A stretch of DNA of 64,000 nt from Laetmonice hystrix (taxonomy: Eukaryota): the NCBI GenBank assembly GCA_965235115.1, contig OZ249452.1:16306001-16370000 (forward strand), read 5' to 3'. How positions within the stretch are numbered: the first letter of the stretch is position 1; each line of letters opens with the position of its first letter. Positions 12,766 to 24,960 of this stretch are shown piece by piece. Position numbers and translations under genes: made by a program. The notes below the pieces were generated by a model. The model was not told the DNA's origin. It ran no database searches and saw only the letters and a list, made by a program, of their open reading frames with translations.

Positions 12766-12913
12766 TTGTAGTAAAATACAATAGAAGATGGCCTACAAAT
12801 AGTTGTATTTGTTGTGGTTAGTTGCAGAACCAGTGTTCGATGGTCCATGCCCTCACTAATGCAGTAGTTGACCAGCGTTTTGTGGGTTAATAAAAGGTCG
12901 GCGGTCAACTTAC

Positions 12914-13005
12914 CTCGAGTAGGCGTCCAAGTGCACATTCGCGAGCAATGGCCACGAGCCCACCGGAAGCAGTAATTGCCCACAGGAAGCCCGTCTCCCG
13001 AGTAT
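12914..13005 (-). CDS. Wnt6: Wnt6 exon 3 (92 nt, not in ORF track)
   Basis: Acceptor ttgtttgttgaacag|AT, donor GAG|gtaagt; (D)TRETGFLWAITASGGLVAIARECALGRLLE; phases match exon 2 (phase 1) and exon 4 (phase 0). Confidence 0.88.
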
Positions 13006-13932
13006 CTGTTCAACAAACAAAGGTCATTACACTTATTATCGCCCATTTGCAAGTAGGTACATCAGACAAAGGGCAATTCCGGTTTGTCCGATTTACAGTG
13101 TGACCTTGGTTAACATTGACTAATTCGAACCAAAATAAACGTGGTAGCCTATAGATCTGGGCTAGTTCAGTTTCGTGCTCAAACATTGGCTGGGCTTAGG
13201 ACATTTCCCAAGCCTATAAAGATATGTCGACGAGGCCGGCACCCACCTACGATGTTGTTTTTTTTTGGGGGGGGGGGGGGCTTAGATTCATAAAGCAAAC
13301 ACAAATGTTTGGCCTGAATTGTGCGAAAAATTAAATGGCTGATGAACGCAAGTGTATGAAATACAGAATGCTGAAATTAGCTTAGCCAATGAATCATCCC
13401 CTCTTAATTGCTTACAAATAGAAATCTCTGACACATCTCTGCAAACTCATGCCAGAAACGTAGATCTAGTCAGACTTTTTACTGTGTCGTCCAATGTTAA
13501 TTGACATGTTTTCTTTGCTGTTAAAACACTGCAAGTTTATGAGACCAAAAAAATGCAAGAAGCCGCCCCCATTTCAACCACTGACGACGAAACAACAGTG
13601 CTACTTTCCCCGGCCGCCGGGACTTAGGTCACTGCCGGAAACGTCCAACCAGGCCCATCTAAATGTACTTACGGTGTACGTAGTGCCTGGAGCTCTCATC
13701 ACTTCACGTGTGGACACAAAAATCACCACCTAACAACTCACCCTGCCTCCAGTTCTGACTGAAATCACCCTATACAACTGAAATCGTCAGGAACTACAGA
13801 GAACCTTGTTTGAACCCTTACACAGATGGTACAGAGACGCCCGGATGTAGATCTACACATACCCATCCGATTAAAAACTCAATCCAACTATTATACCTTG
13901 AAATTCATGCCGCCTCAGCCCAACCGAACTCC

Positions 13933-14114
13933 ATGCCCTGTGAGTAAGGGCAAGGGTCTGTAGACCCCTACATAAGTCATACAAGACACAGAGAGGTGAA
14001 ATATCTGGACTTGACCGTTTGTTATGCCCTGTGATTAAGGGCAAGGGTCTGTAGACCCCTACATAAGTCATACAAGACACAGAGAGGTGAAATATCTGGA
14101 CTTGACCGTTTGTT
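13933..14114. repeat. 91-bp tandem duplication
   Basis: ATGCCCTGTGA(G/T)TAAGGGCAAGGGTCTG...GACCGTTTGTT at 13933 and 14024, near-identical. Confidence 0.9.
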
Positions 14115-16098
14115 CCAAATACATCAGGGACCAAATGTGTGCAGTTCAAAGAAATGGTTCAGAATCGAGAATTTTTGATAAAACAACTTTCTTTCAGTTT
14201 GACCATGATTAGGATTTTCCTGAGACGTACTGTAAAAGGGCTACTATCTTTCTCTCTGCCATGGCCCCTCCCCAATCATTCACCCCCTCCCACCCCCACC
14301 CCCACACATGCACCCTACACACTCTTCCAGACCCTTCTCTACGTTCACTCAGAACGACGAAGATGTTTTGGCGCTAAACCACGCCATCTGTCAACGTCCT
14401 GTCCAAGTTGCCAAAAGTCGTTGCCATAAATGACTTTTATGAGACGTCCGCTAAGTGCTCACTTGGAGCGCCCTCTATCGGCTCCATTTGACTCATTTCA
14501 CACTCTCTCACGTATACGTTGTCGAGTTGACCTCCCCTGACAAATGCCGGCTGGATACCTAGCCCGCTTACCTCCCCACACAGATTCCAGGTGAAGTCGA
14601 TGGGTAAGCCAAGTAAGAGTCTGTGTTCACTCTTTACTAATTGAAGTTATTATTCCGCGGTCACGAGGGTGAGAAAGTTCAGCGAAAACTATAGATCACG
14701 GAATTCTTCAGCCGGTAGAACTGGAAACGCAGCAAAAATTGTTTACTTTTCCTCAGAAGTATTGCATACAAAGGGACTGACACATTCTATCTATGTCAGT
14801 CGAACTCCAAACGCGCACGTCATACCAGGATGTGGCACATCCATGTTAAAACAGAAAGCTATACGTCTGGTCAAATGTGTTTTAATGTTTTTTTTAGTTT
14901 TGTAGACTTTCTATTATAGAGCCTGTGGAAGGCCTTTTGAATTGAACCTTCTCTTAGGCCTCTATAGATCTCTATCTATCCTTTTGTAACCGGGACGGGA
15001 CAGATGGCACTTGTCTATTTTTAAACACTGACGGACCTTTAAGAAAAATGACGGCATTTTCTTTTGGAAAGTGGTATGGTAAGTTCATCCATCTCATGAG
15101 AATGGAAATCATGCGCCGACGATTGTTAATAGTGTACCTCGATTTATACACTCCTGTCTCTTTCCATCGTAATTGTGTCATTAGCAAAAATTACGTCGTC
15201 TGATTACGCTGGCAACGGGACAACTCGTGACGTTCTTCTCGCGTCTCGCTGTTTATCGTCTGCCGCGTGAGTTTGTTGGTGATTGACAGATTGGCTATAG
15301 GACGCCCAAGTTTAGTAAAAATAATTGAACCGCCTATAACAACAACATTTGCCACCTCTACATTCCTGATAGTCGATCGTGGTTGTTGTCACTCAGCATA
15401 TTTACAAAGTTTGCGATATCCTAGCACATATCCAACGGATATCACGCAACTAGTGTTTGGCCGCAATCCCATCAAGTGGAAGATGGTGACAGATTTACGT
15501 GCGCCCGCGTCTAAATAAAGAACAGATTTACAGAGCAACATTTACACTAAACTTACTGACTCTTGATCTGGAATACACGACAAGACAAAATTGTGGAGAA
15601 CGGCAAAGGCGAAGGTTTGTATATCCTTTAGAGGACGTGCGCTATTAGACCCTACCAGCAAAACGGAGACAGTGGCAACATTTTTTCAGACTCTATAAAT
15701 GTTGTGTTCTGTTATATCGGTCATAATAACTCAGATTCTATACTTGTGTTATCATAATTAGATCTATGGAAGGAGATGTCTATATATGCTGATAGGATGA
15801 GCGTTGTCAGCACTGATCAACTGATAACAGATTTGCCAGGATGTTCATTAGGGGAGGGCATGTATCCTGGACTCATGTTGCCGTTAGATATCTACACCAA
15901 ACGAAGGAAGTTCCTACTGCACTCAACTTTAAGAACTTAGGAAGAACGTGCTTAGACTATTATAGCGTGGAATTACGCAGAGTACTGTAGCTTGGGCTGT
16001 GAGGGTGAATATGCATCCTGCACCCCCACCCCCACCCCCACCCCCACCCCCACCCCCACCCCACGGGCCTGGATTGCTCACGGAAGGATCAAACTTAC

Positions 16099-16319
16099 CA
16101 TATTTTAGAATGCGTACAAATGATCTGTGCCGAGTTGTACAGTTCCATTGCCTGTCCCGGAACTGGTATTGACATTCCGCCAGAGCTAATCGAACTCCGT
16201 TCGCGATCGCTTCGACAACATCTCGTTCTTTGTCGCAAATCTCGCGTTGCCTTCCTCCAATCTTACGAGATTTCCTACAGATGGCGTTGGCGTCTGTAAT
16301 GAGTGGACTTCCTACGGCC
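16099..16319 (-). CDS. Wnt6: Wnt6 exon 2 (221 nt, not in ORF track)
   Basis: Acceptor cattaaaag|G, donor TAT G|gtaagt; (W)AVGSPLITDANAICRKSRKIGGRQREICDKERDVVEAIANGVRLALAECQYQFRDRQWNCTTRHRSFVRILKY; WWAVGSPL...ICRK is the Wnt6 N-terminal signature. Confidence 0.93.
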
Positions 16320-18049
16320 CTTTTAATGAGAAAGAAGAAGCTAATTTCACAAATTAAAAGTTGAGATGCAACCGTTTTAAAATTTGTTATGCATGTTACA
16401 CATGGACATAAATTGGGGGAAAACTGCGTTTAAACGATTTTGCCTCTAAAGTCTTCAAATATATAGGGGTCTATGTTCAGTGCATAGCCTGACTTAGGTA
16501 CAAAATACACTTAATGACATTCATTAACATTGTCCTGGTTATATTTGGCTACAGCGATTGTATCGCACGAATTTTTCTTCGGTTTGAAGATGGAAACAGG
16601 TAGCATTACACAATTATCTACTTGTGAAGCCTAACCATCATTAATCAAAAGGTACAAAAGTGTTAGCTGCTATCTATTTTAGTCACAAGATGATTTCCGA
16701 TTCAGCTGCTAACATTATGTGTTGATATGTATACATTCTGTAACATCTATGTCATCACCTAATCACCTACGTTCCTAATTAATTGGGTTGATTGACTTGC
16801 ACATTGAGAACGTAAAAAGGTCACCCTATAATTAGATGATGATTAAATTGGGCTCGAGCCAAAGTGCCCATGGCCATGGGACAATTTGTGACACCCAAAT
16901 AGCGTTGTACCACTCCGATTAATTATTAGGTGACAATATTGAGTGAACAAACAGGACCCAAATATACAACGAACCCTAGATTGGTGGGGGAGAGAACACG
17001 AATTCTAACTTCTTTACTTTCGACCAAATTTCGTGGGTTTTAAGTTATCACGGACGATGTATCCTTTCTTTCTTTCTTTCTTTCTTTTATTCGTTATTTA
17101 TTTATTTATCATTCNNNNNNNNNNNNNNNNNNNNNNNNNNNNNNNNNNNNNNNNNNNNNNNNNNNNNNNNNNNNNNNNNNNNNNNNNNNNNNNNNNNNNN
17201 NNNNNNNNNNNNNNNNNNNNNNNNNNNNNNNNNNNNNNNNNNNNNNNNNNNNNNNNNNNNNNNNNNNNNNNNNNNNNNNNNNNNNNNNNNNNNNNNNNNN
17301 NNNNNNNNNNNNNNNNNNNNNNNNNNNNNNNNNNNNNNNNNNNNNNNNNNNNNNNNNNNNNNNNNNNNNNNNNNNNNNNNNNNNNNNNNNNNNNNNNNNN
17401 NNNNNNNNNNNNNNNNNNNNNNNATCTCAATGGCCAGCGTATAACGTTTAAACTCACTGACAGTTCAGATCTCGCCGCGTATTTAAGCGAATCCTTACAA
17501 AGATGTGTGAGTGATATTCTATAGTCTGAGAAATGTTTAATACGACCATTACAAAGCAAACCGAGGCGGGTGGGAGCTCCAGTTTCTGATGTATGACTGT
17601 TAGGGGTAATCTGAGGGGGGTTAACTACAACCCCCCGCTGTGTCCCCGCTATCGGATCTACCAACCACCATTGGGAGCCAGACTGTCACATCTAACCGTC
17701 CACCAGGTTCATAGACCGAATCTATCGTGAATAAAAGGGAAACGTTGAAAAGATAGAGAGAGGGTGAAGTTTGTTTGATAGACTGGCAGAGGAAGGACGG
17801 TCAGGGATGCCCTGTCAGGTCACACACGGCGCCAGGCGGGAGGTGGTGGTGGTGGTGGTGGTGGTGGTGGTGGTGGGGGGGGGGGGGGGGTACCTCCGAC
17901 CTGGGCCGGTAAATGTTACCAAAAATCGATTCACTGCTTGTAAAACATGGGGGAATCAATTACAGGCGACAAGGGTAGCACGTGACCTGTCACTGATGTA
18001 CGCATTGACCTCGGGACACTGTGGAGGACGCGCGAGTTATCAAGTCGTG

Positions 18050-18265
18050 GATAGAATACTGTGTGGACTTCACAAGGGGGAAAATGGTGCACTTTACAAA
18101 TGGAAAATAGTGGACTTCACAAAGGGGGAAATGTGGACTTCGTAGAAGAAAGTTGTCGAATTCACCTACAGGAGAATAGTGGACTTCACAAACAGGGAAA
18201 TAGTGGACTTCACCAGTAGGGAAAGTGAACTTCACAAGAGTGAAAATGATGGACTTCACAAAACG
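18050..18265. repeat. Degenerate GTGGACTTCAC-type short repeats, possibly TE-internal
   Basis: About 7 imperfect copies of GTGGACTTCACAA...GGAAA(A)TA. Confidence 0.6.
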
Positions 18266-18361
18266 GAAATTGTGGGGTTTACAGGAAAATAAAGGATCAA
18301 TCAGGCCGCCCACCGCCAAAGTCACTACACCAATTCAACTACGTCATTTAAAATTAGATAT

Positions 18362-20560
18362 AATCACTGTCCTAACCAAGGAGGAAGTCATTGTACCAGT
18401 CCAGCTCAGTACGTCCTAACCAAGGAGGAAGTCATTGTACCAGTCCAGCTCAGTACGTCCTAACCCAGGAGGAAGTCATTGTACCAGTCCAGCTCAGTAC
18501 GTCCTAACCAAGGAGGAAGTCATTGTACCAGTCCAGCTCAGTACGTCCTAACCAAGGAGGAAGTCATTGTACCAGTCCAGCTCAGTACGTCCTAACTAAG
18601 GAGGAAGTCATTGTACCAGTCCAGCTCAGTACGTCCTAACCAAGGAGGAAGTCATTGTACCAGTTCAGCTCAGTACGTCCTAACCCAGGAGGAAGTCATT
18701 GTACCAGTCCAGCTCAGTACGTCCTAACCCAGGAGGAAGTCATTGTACCAGTCCAGCTCAGTACGTCCTAACCCAGGAGGAAGTCATTGTACCAGCTCAG
18801 TACGTCCTAACCAAGGAGGAAGTCATTGTACCAGTCCAGCTCAGTACGTCCTAACCCAGGAGGAAGTCATTGTACCAGCTCAGTACGTCCTAACCAAAGA
18901 GAAAGTCATTGTACCAGTCCAGCTCAGTACGTCCTAACTAAGGAGGAAGTCACTGTACCAGTCCAGCTCAGTACGTCCTAACCCAGGAGGAAGTCATTGT
19001 ACCAGGCCAGCTCAGTACGTCCTAACCAAGGAGGAAGTCATTGTACCAGTCCAGCTCAGTACGTCCTAACCAAGGAGGAAGTCATTGTACCAGTCCAGCT
19101 CAGTACGTCCTAACCAAGGAGGGAGTCATTGTACCAGTCCAGCTCAGTACGTCCTAACCCAGGAGGAAGTCATTGTACCAGTCCAGCTCAGTACGTCCTA
19201 ACCAAGGAGGAAGTCATTGTACCAGCTCAGTACGTCCTAACCCAGGAGGAAGTCATTGTACCAGTCCAGCTCAGTACGTCCTAACCAAGGAGGAAGTCAT
19301 TGTACCAGTCCAGCTCAGTACGTCCTAACCAAGGAGGAAGTCATTGTACCAGCTCAGTACGTCCTAACCCAGGAGGAAGTCATTGTACCAGTCCAGCTCA
19401 GTACGTTCTAACCAAGGAGATACGACTTTGCCACACCTCCTGGCTTACGTCCTAACCAAGGAGGAAGTCATTGTACCAGTCCAGCTCAGTACGTCCTAAC
19501 CCAGGAGGAAGTCATTGTACCAGTCCAGCTCAGTACGCCCTAACCAAGGAGGAAGTCATTGTACCAGGCCAGCTCAGGACGTCCTAACCAAGGAGGAAGT
19601 CATTGTATCAGTCCAGCTCAGTACGTCCTAACCAAGGAGGAAGTCATTGTACCAGTCCAGCTCAGTACGTCCTAACCCAAGAGGAAGTCATTGTATCAGT
19701 CCAGCTCAGTACGTCCTAACCAAGGAGGAAGTCATTGTACCAGTCCAGCTCAGTACGTCCTAACCCAAGAGGAAGTCATTGTACCAGTCCAGCTCAGTAC
19801 GTCCTAACCAAGGAGGAAGTCATTGTACCAGTCCAGCTCAGTACGTCCTAACCCAGGAGGAAGTCATTGTACCAGTCCAGCTTAGTACGTCCTAACCCAG
19901 GAGGAAGTCATTGTACCAGCTCAGTACGTCCTAACCCAGAAGGAAGTCATTGTACCAGTCCAGCTCAGTACGCCCTAACCAAGGAGGAAGTCATTGTACC
20001 AGGCCAGCTCAGTACGTCCTAACCCAGGAGGAAGTCATTGTACCAGTCCAGCTCAGTACGTCCTAACCCAGGAAGTCATTGTACCAGGCCAGCTCAGGAC
20101 GTCCTAACCCAGGAGGAAGTCATTGTACCAGTCCAGCTCAGTACGTCCTGACCCAGGAGGAAGTCATTGTACCAGTCGAGCTCAGTACGTCCTAACCAAG
20201 GAGGAAGTCATTGTACCAGTCCAGCTCAGGACGTCCTAACCCAGGAGGAAGTCATTGTACCAGTCCAGCTCAGTACGTCCTAACCCAGGAGGAAGTCATT
20301 GTACCAGGCCAGCTCAGTACGTCCTAACCAAGGAGGAAGTCATTGTACCAGTCCAGCTCAGGACGTCCTAACCCAGGAGGAAGTCATTGTACCAGTCCAG
20401 CTCAGTACGTCCTAACCCAGGAGGAAGTCATTGTACCAGGCCAGCTCAGTACGTCCTAACCCAGGAGGAAGTCATTGTACCAGTCCAGCTCAGTAGGCTT
20501 ACGTCCTAACCCAGGAGGAAGTCATTGTACCAGTCCAGCTCAGTCCTAACCCAGGAGATA
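18362..20560. repeat. 44-bp minisatellite (~50 copies, 39-bp variants), Wnt6 intron 1
   Basis: Unit CCTAACC(A/C)AGGAGGAAGTCATTGTACCAGTCCAGCTCAGTACGT, period 44. Confidence 0.97.
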
Positions 20561-21509
20561 CGACTTTGCCACACCTCCTGACTATACGACCTTGAGGACG
20601 GGTGTCTGGGTCAGATATTATTATGTAGGCCTCCGAGACCAGTGGCGTATCCCGGATTGGAATATTGGGGGTTCGAAATTAATACCCAGGGGAGCGGGGA
20701 TCTCCGGGAAATAATACAACAACAACAAAAAACGATTTACACCACTGGTGGTCCAGGAAAAAGAGAAAACAAATTAGCGGAAACATTAAGTCAACTGACT
20801 TTAGCGGCATTTGGTACAGGAGTCGTTGATAACATATAGTACCAAGTCTATTTATAAAACCACACCAAGTTTACGATATTAAGTGCCGTAAACATCCTCA
20901 GCCGTAACTATGGTGGTTTAAGTGTGACAACTACCGACACACAAGCCATTAATTAACTACTAATTAATCTATTAGATTGGCAACCACCGCTGGGTGATAA
21001 CGTCTCCCTATAAATCACGATTTAATTTCGTAGAATTGTATTATTATATATCTGAGTTTAAAGCGTGCACGTTATCAGTTTCTGGCGGAGGGTGTGTGTG
21101 TGTGTGTGGGGGGGGGGGGTAACAGGGAATTACTTATACCCACTCATATCTCTATCCACTTTATCTTTGAAGATAAAATGTTACCATTGAAATATACATA
21201 CTTCATAAACTGATATAATTATCATTGAAGATTAGTATCTGTTCACTTATAGTAATAACATAATAATAATATTGGCCTGCATAAATAATAGTATAATGGT
21301 AAAGTAAATCTCTATGTTCAGGGAAGAACGTTCAGGGAATCAAATTTTAAAATAAGCGAGGGGAGGAGCCAGAGAATCAGGGTGGGCTACTCCCCCCCCC
21401 CGAAAGATTCTGGATCCTCCCCTGACATTTTTGTCGATTCTGCCCCCCCCCTCTCCCCCCTGTACAAGGTTAGGTCCACATGAAGGTGACCCGTGATATG
21501 TCCACTCAC

Positions 21510-21586
21510 CACCATAGTCCGATGATGTTAGCCGGACAGATGAGGTAGAAGACGGCGCAGACCCTGATCACCTCCCGGGCCCTCAT
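21510..21586 (-). CDS. Wnt6: Wnt6 exon 1 (signal peptide, not in ORF track)
   Basis: gacgATG at 21586; MRAREVIRVCAVFYLICPANIIGLW(W), donor TG|gtgagt (phase 2) joins exon 2 to give GLWWAVGSPL as in other Wnt6 proteins. Confidence 0.9.
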
Positions 21587-21850
21587 CGTCCCCGCCGCCC
21601 GGGTCGATCCCCGCCCGGTTATACCGGGTCCCGTGTACAATATACCCCGGTCAGAACCGCCCGGCTGCCGCTCTGCCCTCGTGCCGGTAACCGCTGCCCG
21701 CTTTCCGACCTAACATCTCCGTGTACGGACACCCTCTGTGTCCTTCCCGCCGGCTCCAGCCTGGAATAACACGTACTCCACCAGCCGTGGTGTATACATG
21801 GACGTCTAGAAAACCTCTCCTTGTATCGGCGCCGCTTCAGACATGCACTC
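21587..21850 (-). promoter_or_regulatory. GC/CpG-rich 5' UTR and promoter region of Wnt6
   Basis: Abrupt rise in GC and CpG content immediately upstream of the Wnt6 ATG; TSS not determinable. Confidence 0.55.
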
Positions 21851-23425
21851 TACAAAAACAAAGTGCTCTCATTAGCTGAGACATTAGTCGTTATTTAAGC
21901 AACAGATCTCAGTTATATGGGTCGCCTCTTGAATTACTCATGTTTGACCGTGTAGACGTGGAATATACTCAGAACGCATCATTCTGATGCAACTGACTTC
22001 GTGCCGTTCAGAGTGATGCCTTTGGAATGTGATGGCTCAGACATTGTATGAAATAACATGCAACTGATTATAACCACTTCGTTTTCCATGAGACGCCAGC
22101 TTGGCCAGCCGGCAGATTGATAACTTAACGTCAGCGTTCCAAATCCCGTGGCTATCAGAGGCCTACCTTCTCAGGTCGACGCAGTACTGGGGGTCGAATG
22201 TCGCGTCTGGTGATAACAGGCTATACAGGATATAATCAAAGCAGTCGAGAATCAACGCTCGGCATAAATAACCCGGACTATATGAAGTAATCGTCACAAA
22301 CGCCGGCTATAGCAGTGGTTACATGTTGTTTCCATGTGAACATGACAAGGGACGCGCACGGCAGACGATCAGGCCACGTTTCACTCATTCAGAGTCGGAC
22401 GTCACCCCTGAGCAGACGACCAGTGTGTGGAACGCGCTCCTCAAACATTCGTTAACTAATCAAGTTCTAGAACCACGGACGTCTGCAGTTTCTGGCATTG
22501 CTACAGACGCAGTAAGACATGTTGTGTGAAGGGGTGGGGTGACGTGTGTGAAGGGGTGGGGTGACGTGTGTATAGGGGTGGGTCAACATTTTGTCTGACA
22601 CCGACAAACGCTTGATCTGAGGGAAAGCAGACGACACCCAGCGTCCATGATGCGCGCCAAATTCTCCCGCCGTGACCTATTCGTTAAACTGTTTCACTTT
22701 CTTACTGACACCTTTGATTAAATACAAATCTAATTGTTAATGACAGATGATGTATGGTACGGGAGAACTTGTCCGACTTACCCACCCTTACCCCTTTCCC
22801 CACGATAATAGGCCTATAGATTATCTCACCAGCAGCTAAAGTAGGCCTATACATGCGTATATTATTTTAATTTTAAAGCTTAGTGATGGCTTCGTTTCCT
22901 CGCGGGACTTTGGCTATTAGGCCTTACTAAAGGTTATCATAAAGTGTTGTCCACGTTAGAGTATATGACGTTTTCGAACGTTTGTAAAACGTTTTTGTCT
23001 GCTGGATGTTTCCTGCGAGCCCTGTGCCACTCATGCAGACTCTATTTCCGCTTGAGAGCAAAAATGAGACATGACAAATTCTTTAACGATTCGTAACATC
23101 CATGTAACACATACATGTAAAATAATGTCATAAGTTCTGTAGAAAACTGCAGCAGGAGAAAGAGGCATAAAGTACCTCCGTCCCTTGCTCAATTCTTGCG
23201 TCATTTCCCGGCCAGTCTTTCCTCTGGGGCGTCCATAACCCCAGTCAACTCTCTCTTCCCCTTTCCGAGTTGCCACTTTCCACGTATATATCGTTTAGTT
23301 TATGATTTTCCCATATCTCAGCGCGTGCCGGAACGATTGACCGGGCTAGTTTTCACAGCTGCAACTCCTCACAGAGAGCGGGGTGGGTGGTTCATGACTA
23401 CCGTCTCCGACACACAGCATACCGA

Positions 23426-23745
23426 CCAGCAAGCCCACCGGCCAGCCCACCGCCCGGCCCGGCCCGGCCCGGCCCGGCCAGCCCACCGCCCGGCCAGCTC
23501 ACCGCCCGGCCAGCTCACCGCCCGGCAAGCCCACCGCCCGGCAAGCCCACCGCCCGGCCCCGCCCGGCCAGCCCACAGCCCGGCCCCGCCCGGCAAGCCC
23601 CCCGCCCGGCAAGCCCACAGCCCGACAAGCCCACCGCCCGGCCCCGCCCGGCCAGCCCACAGCCCGGCCAGCCCACCGCCCGGCAAGCCCCCCGCCCGGC
23701 AAGCCCACAGCCCGACAAGCCCACCGCCCGGCAAGCCCACCTGTC
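23426..23745. repeat. Very GC-rich degenerate repeat upstream of Wnt6
   Basis: Shuffled GCAAGCCCACCGCCCG / GCCCGGCCAGCCCAC modules; generates spurious Pro/Ala/Gly ORFs in several frames. Confidence 0.85.
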
Positions 23746-24689
23746 GGCAATTGAGAAAATTTAGAAAAAAAGAAAAATTGCTTGCCCACCGAAAATACCA
23801 TGGTGGTTCACCATCACCCTGTAACAAGGTCACTCATAATATTGTGGCGGTGGCGTGTCAAGGGGGCTAAGGGGGTGGGGGGTACAGCCCCCAATAATAT
23901 CCGGACGATGTTATAAATAATTCTGACCGAATATTAGCACCCTCTTAGTCCCCCCCCCCCCCCCCCAATAAAAAATAAAAAGATAAATCCTGGAACCACC
24001 CTATGACCTGTGCCAACCAAGTGGACAAGTCTACAAGCCATGCACCAAGGAGGCGATTTTCTCTTTTTTTATGAGGCCTCTGATGTACTGAATGACCCAC
24101 ACCACACGGGGGGAGATGGAAGCGTGTGCCTAAGTATAGATAAATTATACAAATAGAGAACGTTTTAACTGTACGACTGAGCTATTTAGATTGTTAACTG
24201 TACTGCCCTAATTGCCCTGTCATGCTCTTATAGGTAATCAGCTAAAAGCCTTGGGTAAAGCTGGACTCGAATATCATCTTATAGTCGGGAAAGTAAGAAG
24301 CTTTTGAGAGGATCCTTAACTTTAATCTTGTCTATTGTGGTTCTATTGTGTCGGAACGGTTGGAAGCATTTTCTCTCCTGGGATTGTGTCTCACTCAATG
24401 TGCAGTCTAGACATCCACAAATTGAGGAATTGTTTCTACATAGGCCGATCCTCTAATTGGTATTTCTGGGNNNNNNNNNNNNNNNNNNNNNNNNNNNNNN
24501 NNNNNNNNNNNNNNNNNNNNNNNNNNNNNNNNNNNNNNNNNNNNNNNNNNNNNNNNNNNNNNNNNNNNNNNNNNNNNNNNNNNNNNNNNNNNNNNNNNNN
24601 NNNNNNNNNNNNNNNNNNNNNNNNNNNNNNNNNNNNNNNNNNNNTAATTGTCAGGTAAAGGAGTCAACTAACCGCAGATCTGATGAGCC

Positions 24690-24960
24690 TCGTTGTGAAG
24701 TCAATCGTTTCCCATAATACATCCCACCCATAATAAACCGGATGTCTCATTGTGTCGATGACGTACGGATTTAACACTTTCCCTGACTCCATACAAAGAT
24801 TTGCTGCGTCCAAAAACATCGTCTCAGACGCCATAAAGATTGTTATGGCGTTCCAGGAACTATAACTTGACCCGACTGACCTCCACACCATGAAAACATG
24901 TCTTGTAGTGGCCAGGGCATTGACCTCCAAACCTCAACAAACCCTTCTATCAATGATAAA
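24690..24960 (+). mobile_element. Possible highly decayed LINE (CR1/L2-like) reverse-transcriptase fragment
   Basis: Frame-broken translation gives C-V-D-D-V-R-I (YADD-like) followed by SDAIKIVMAFQEL*LDPT...KT, resembling the post-YADD I..WM..N.L.LN..KT segment of LINE RTs; judged by eye only. Confidence 0.3.

Noticed and set aside
23196-23870. Pro/Ala-rich ORFs as collagen-like or mucin-like genes
   Set aside because: GC-rich degenerate repeat open in most frames on both strands; no Gly-X-Y periodicity.
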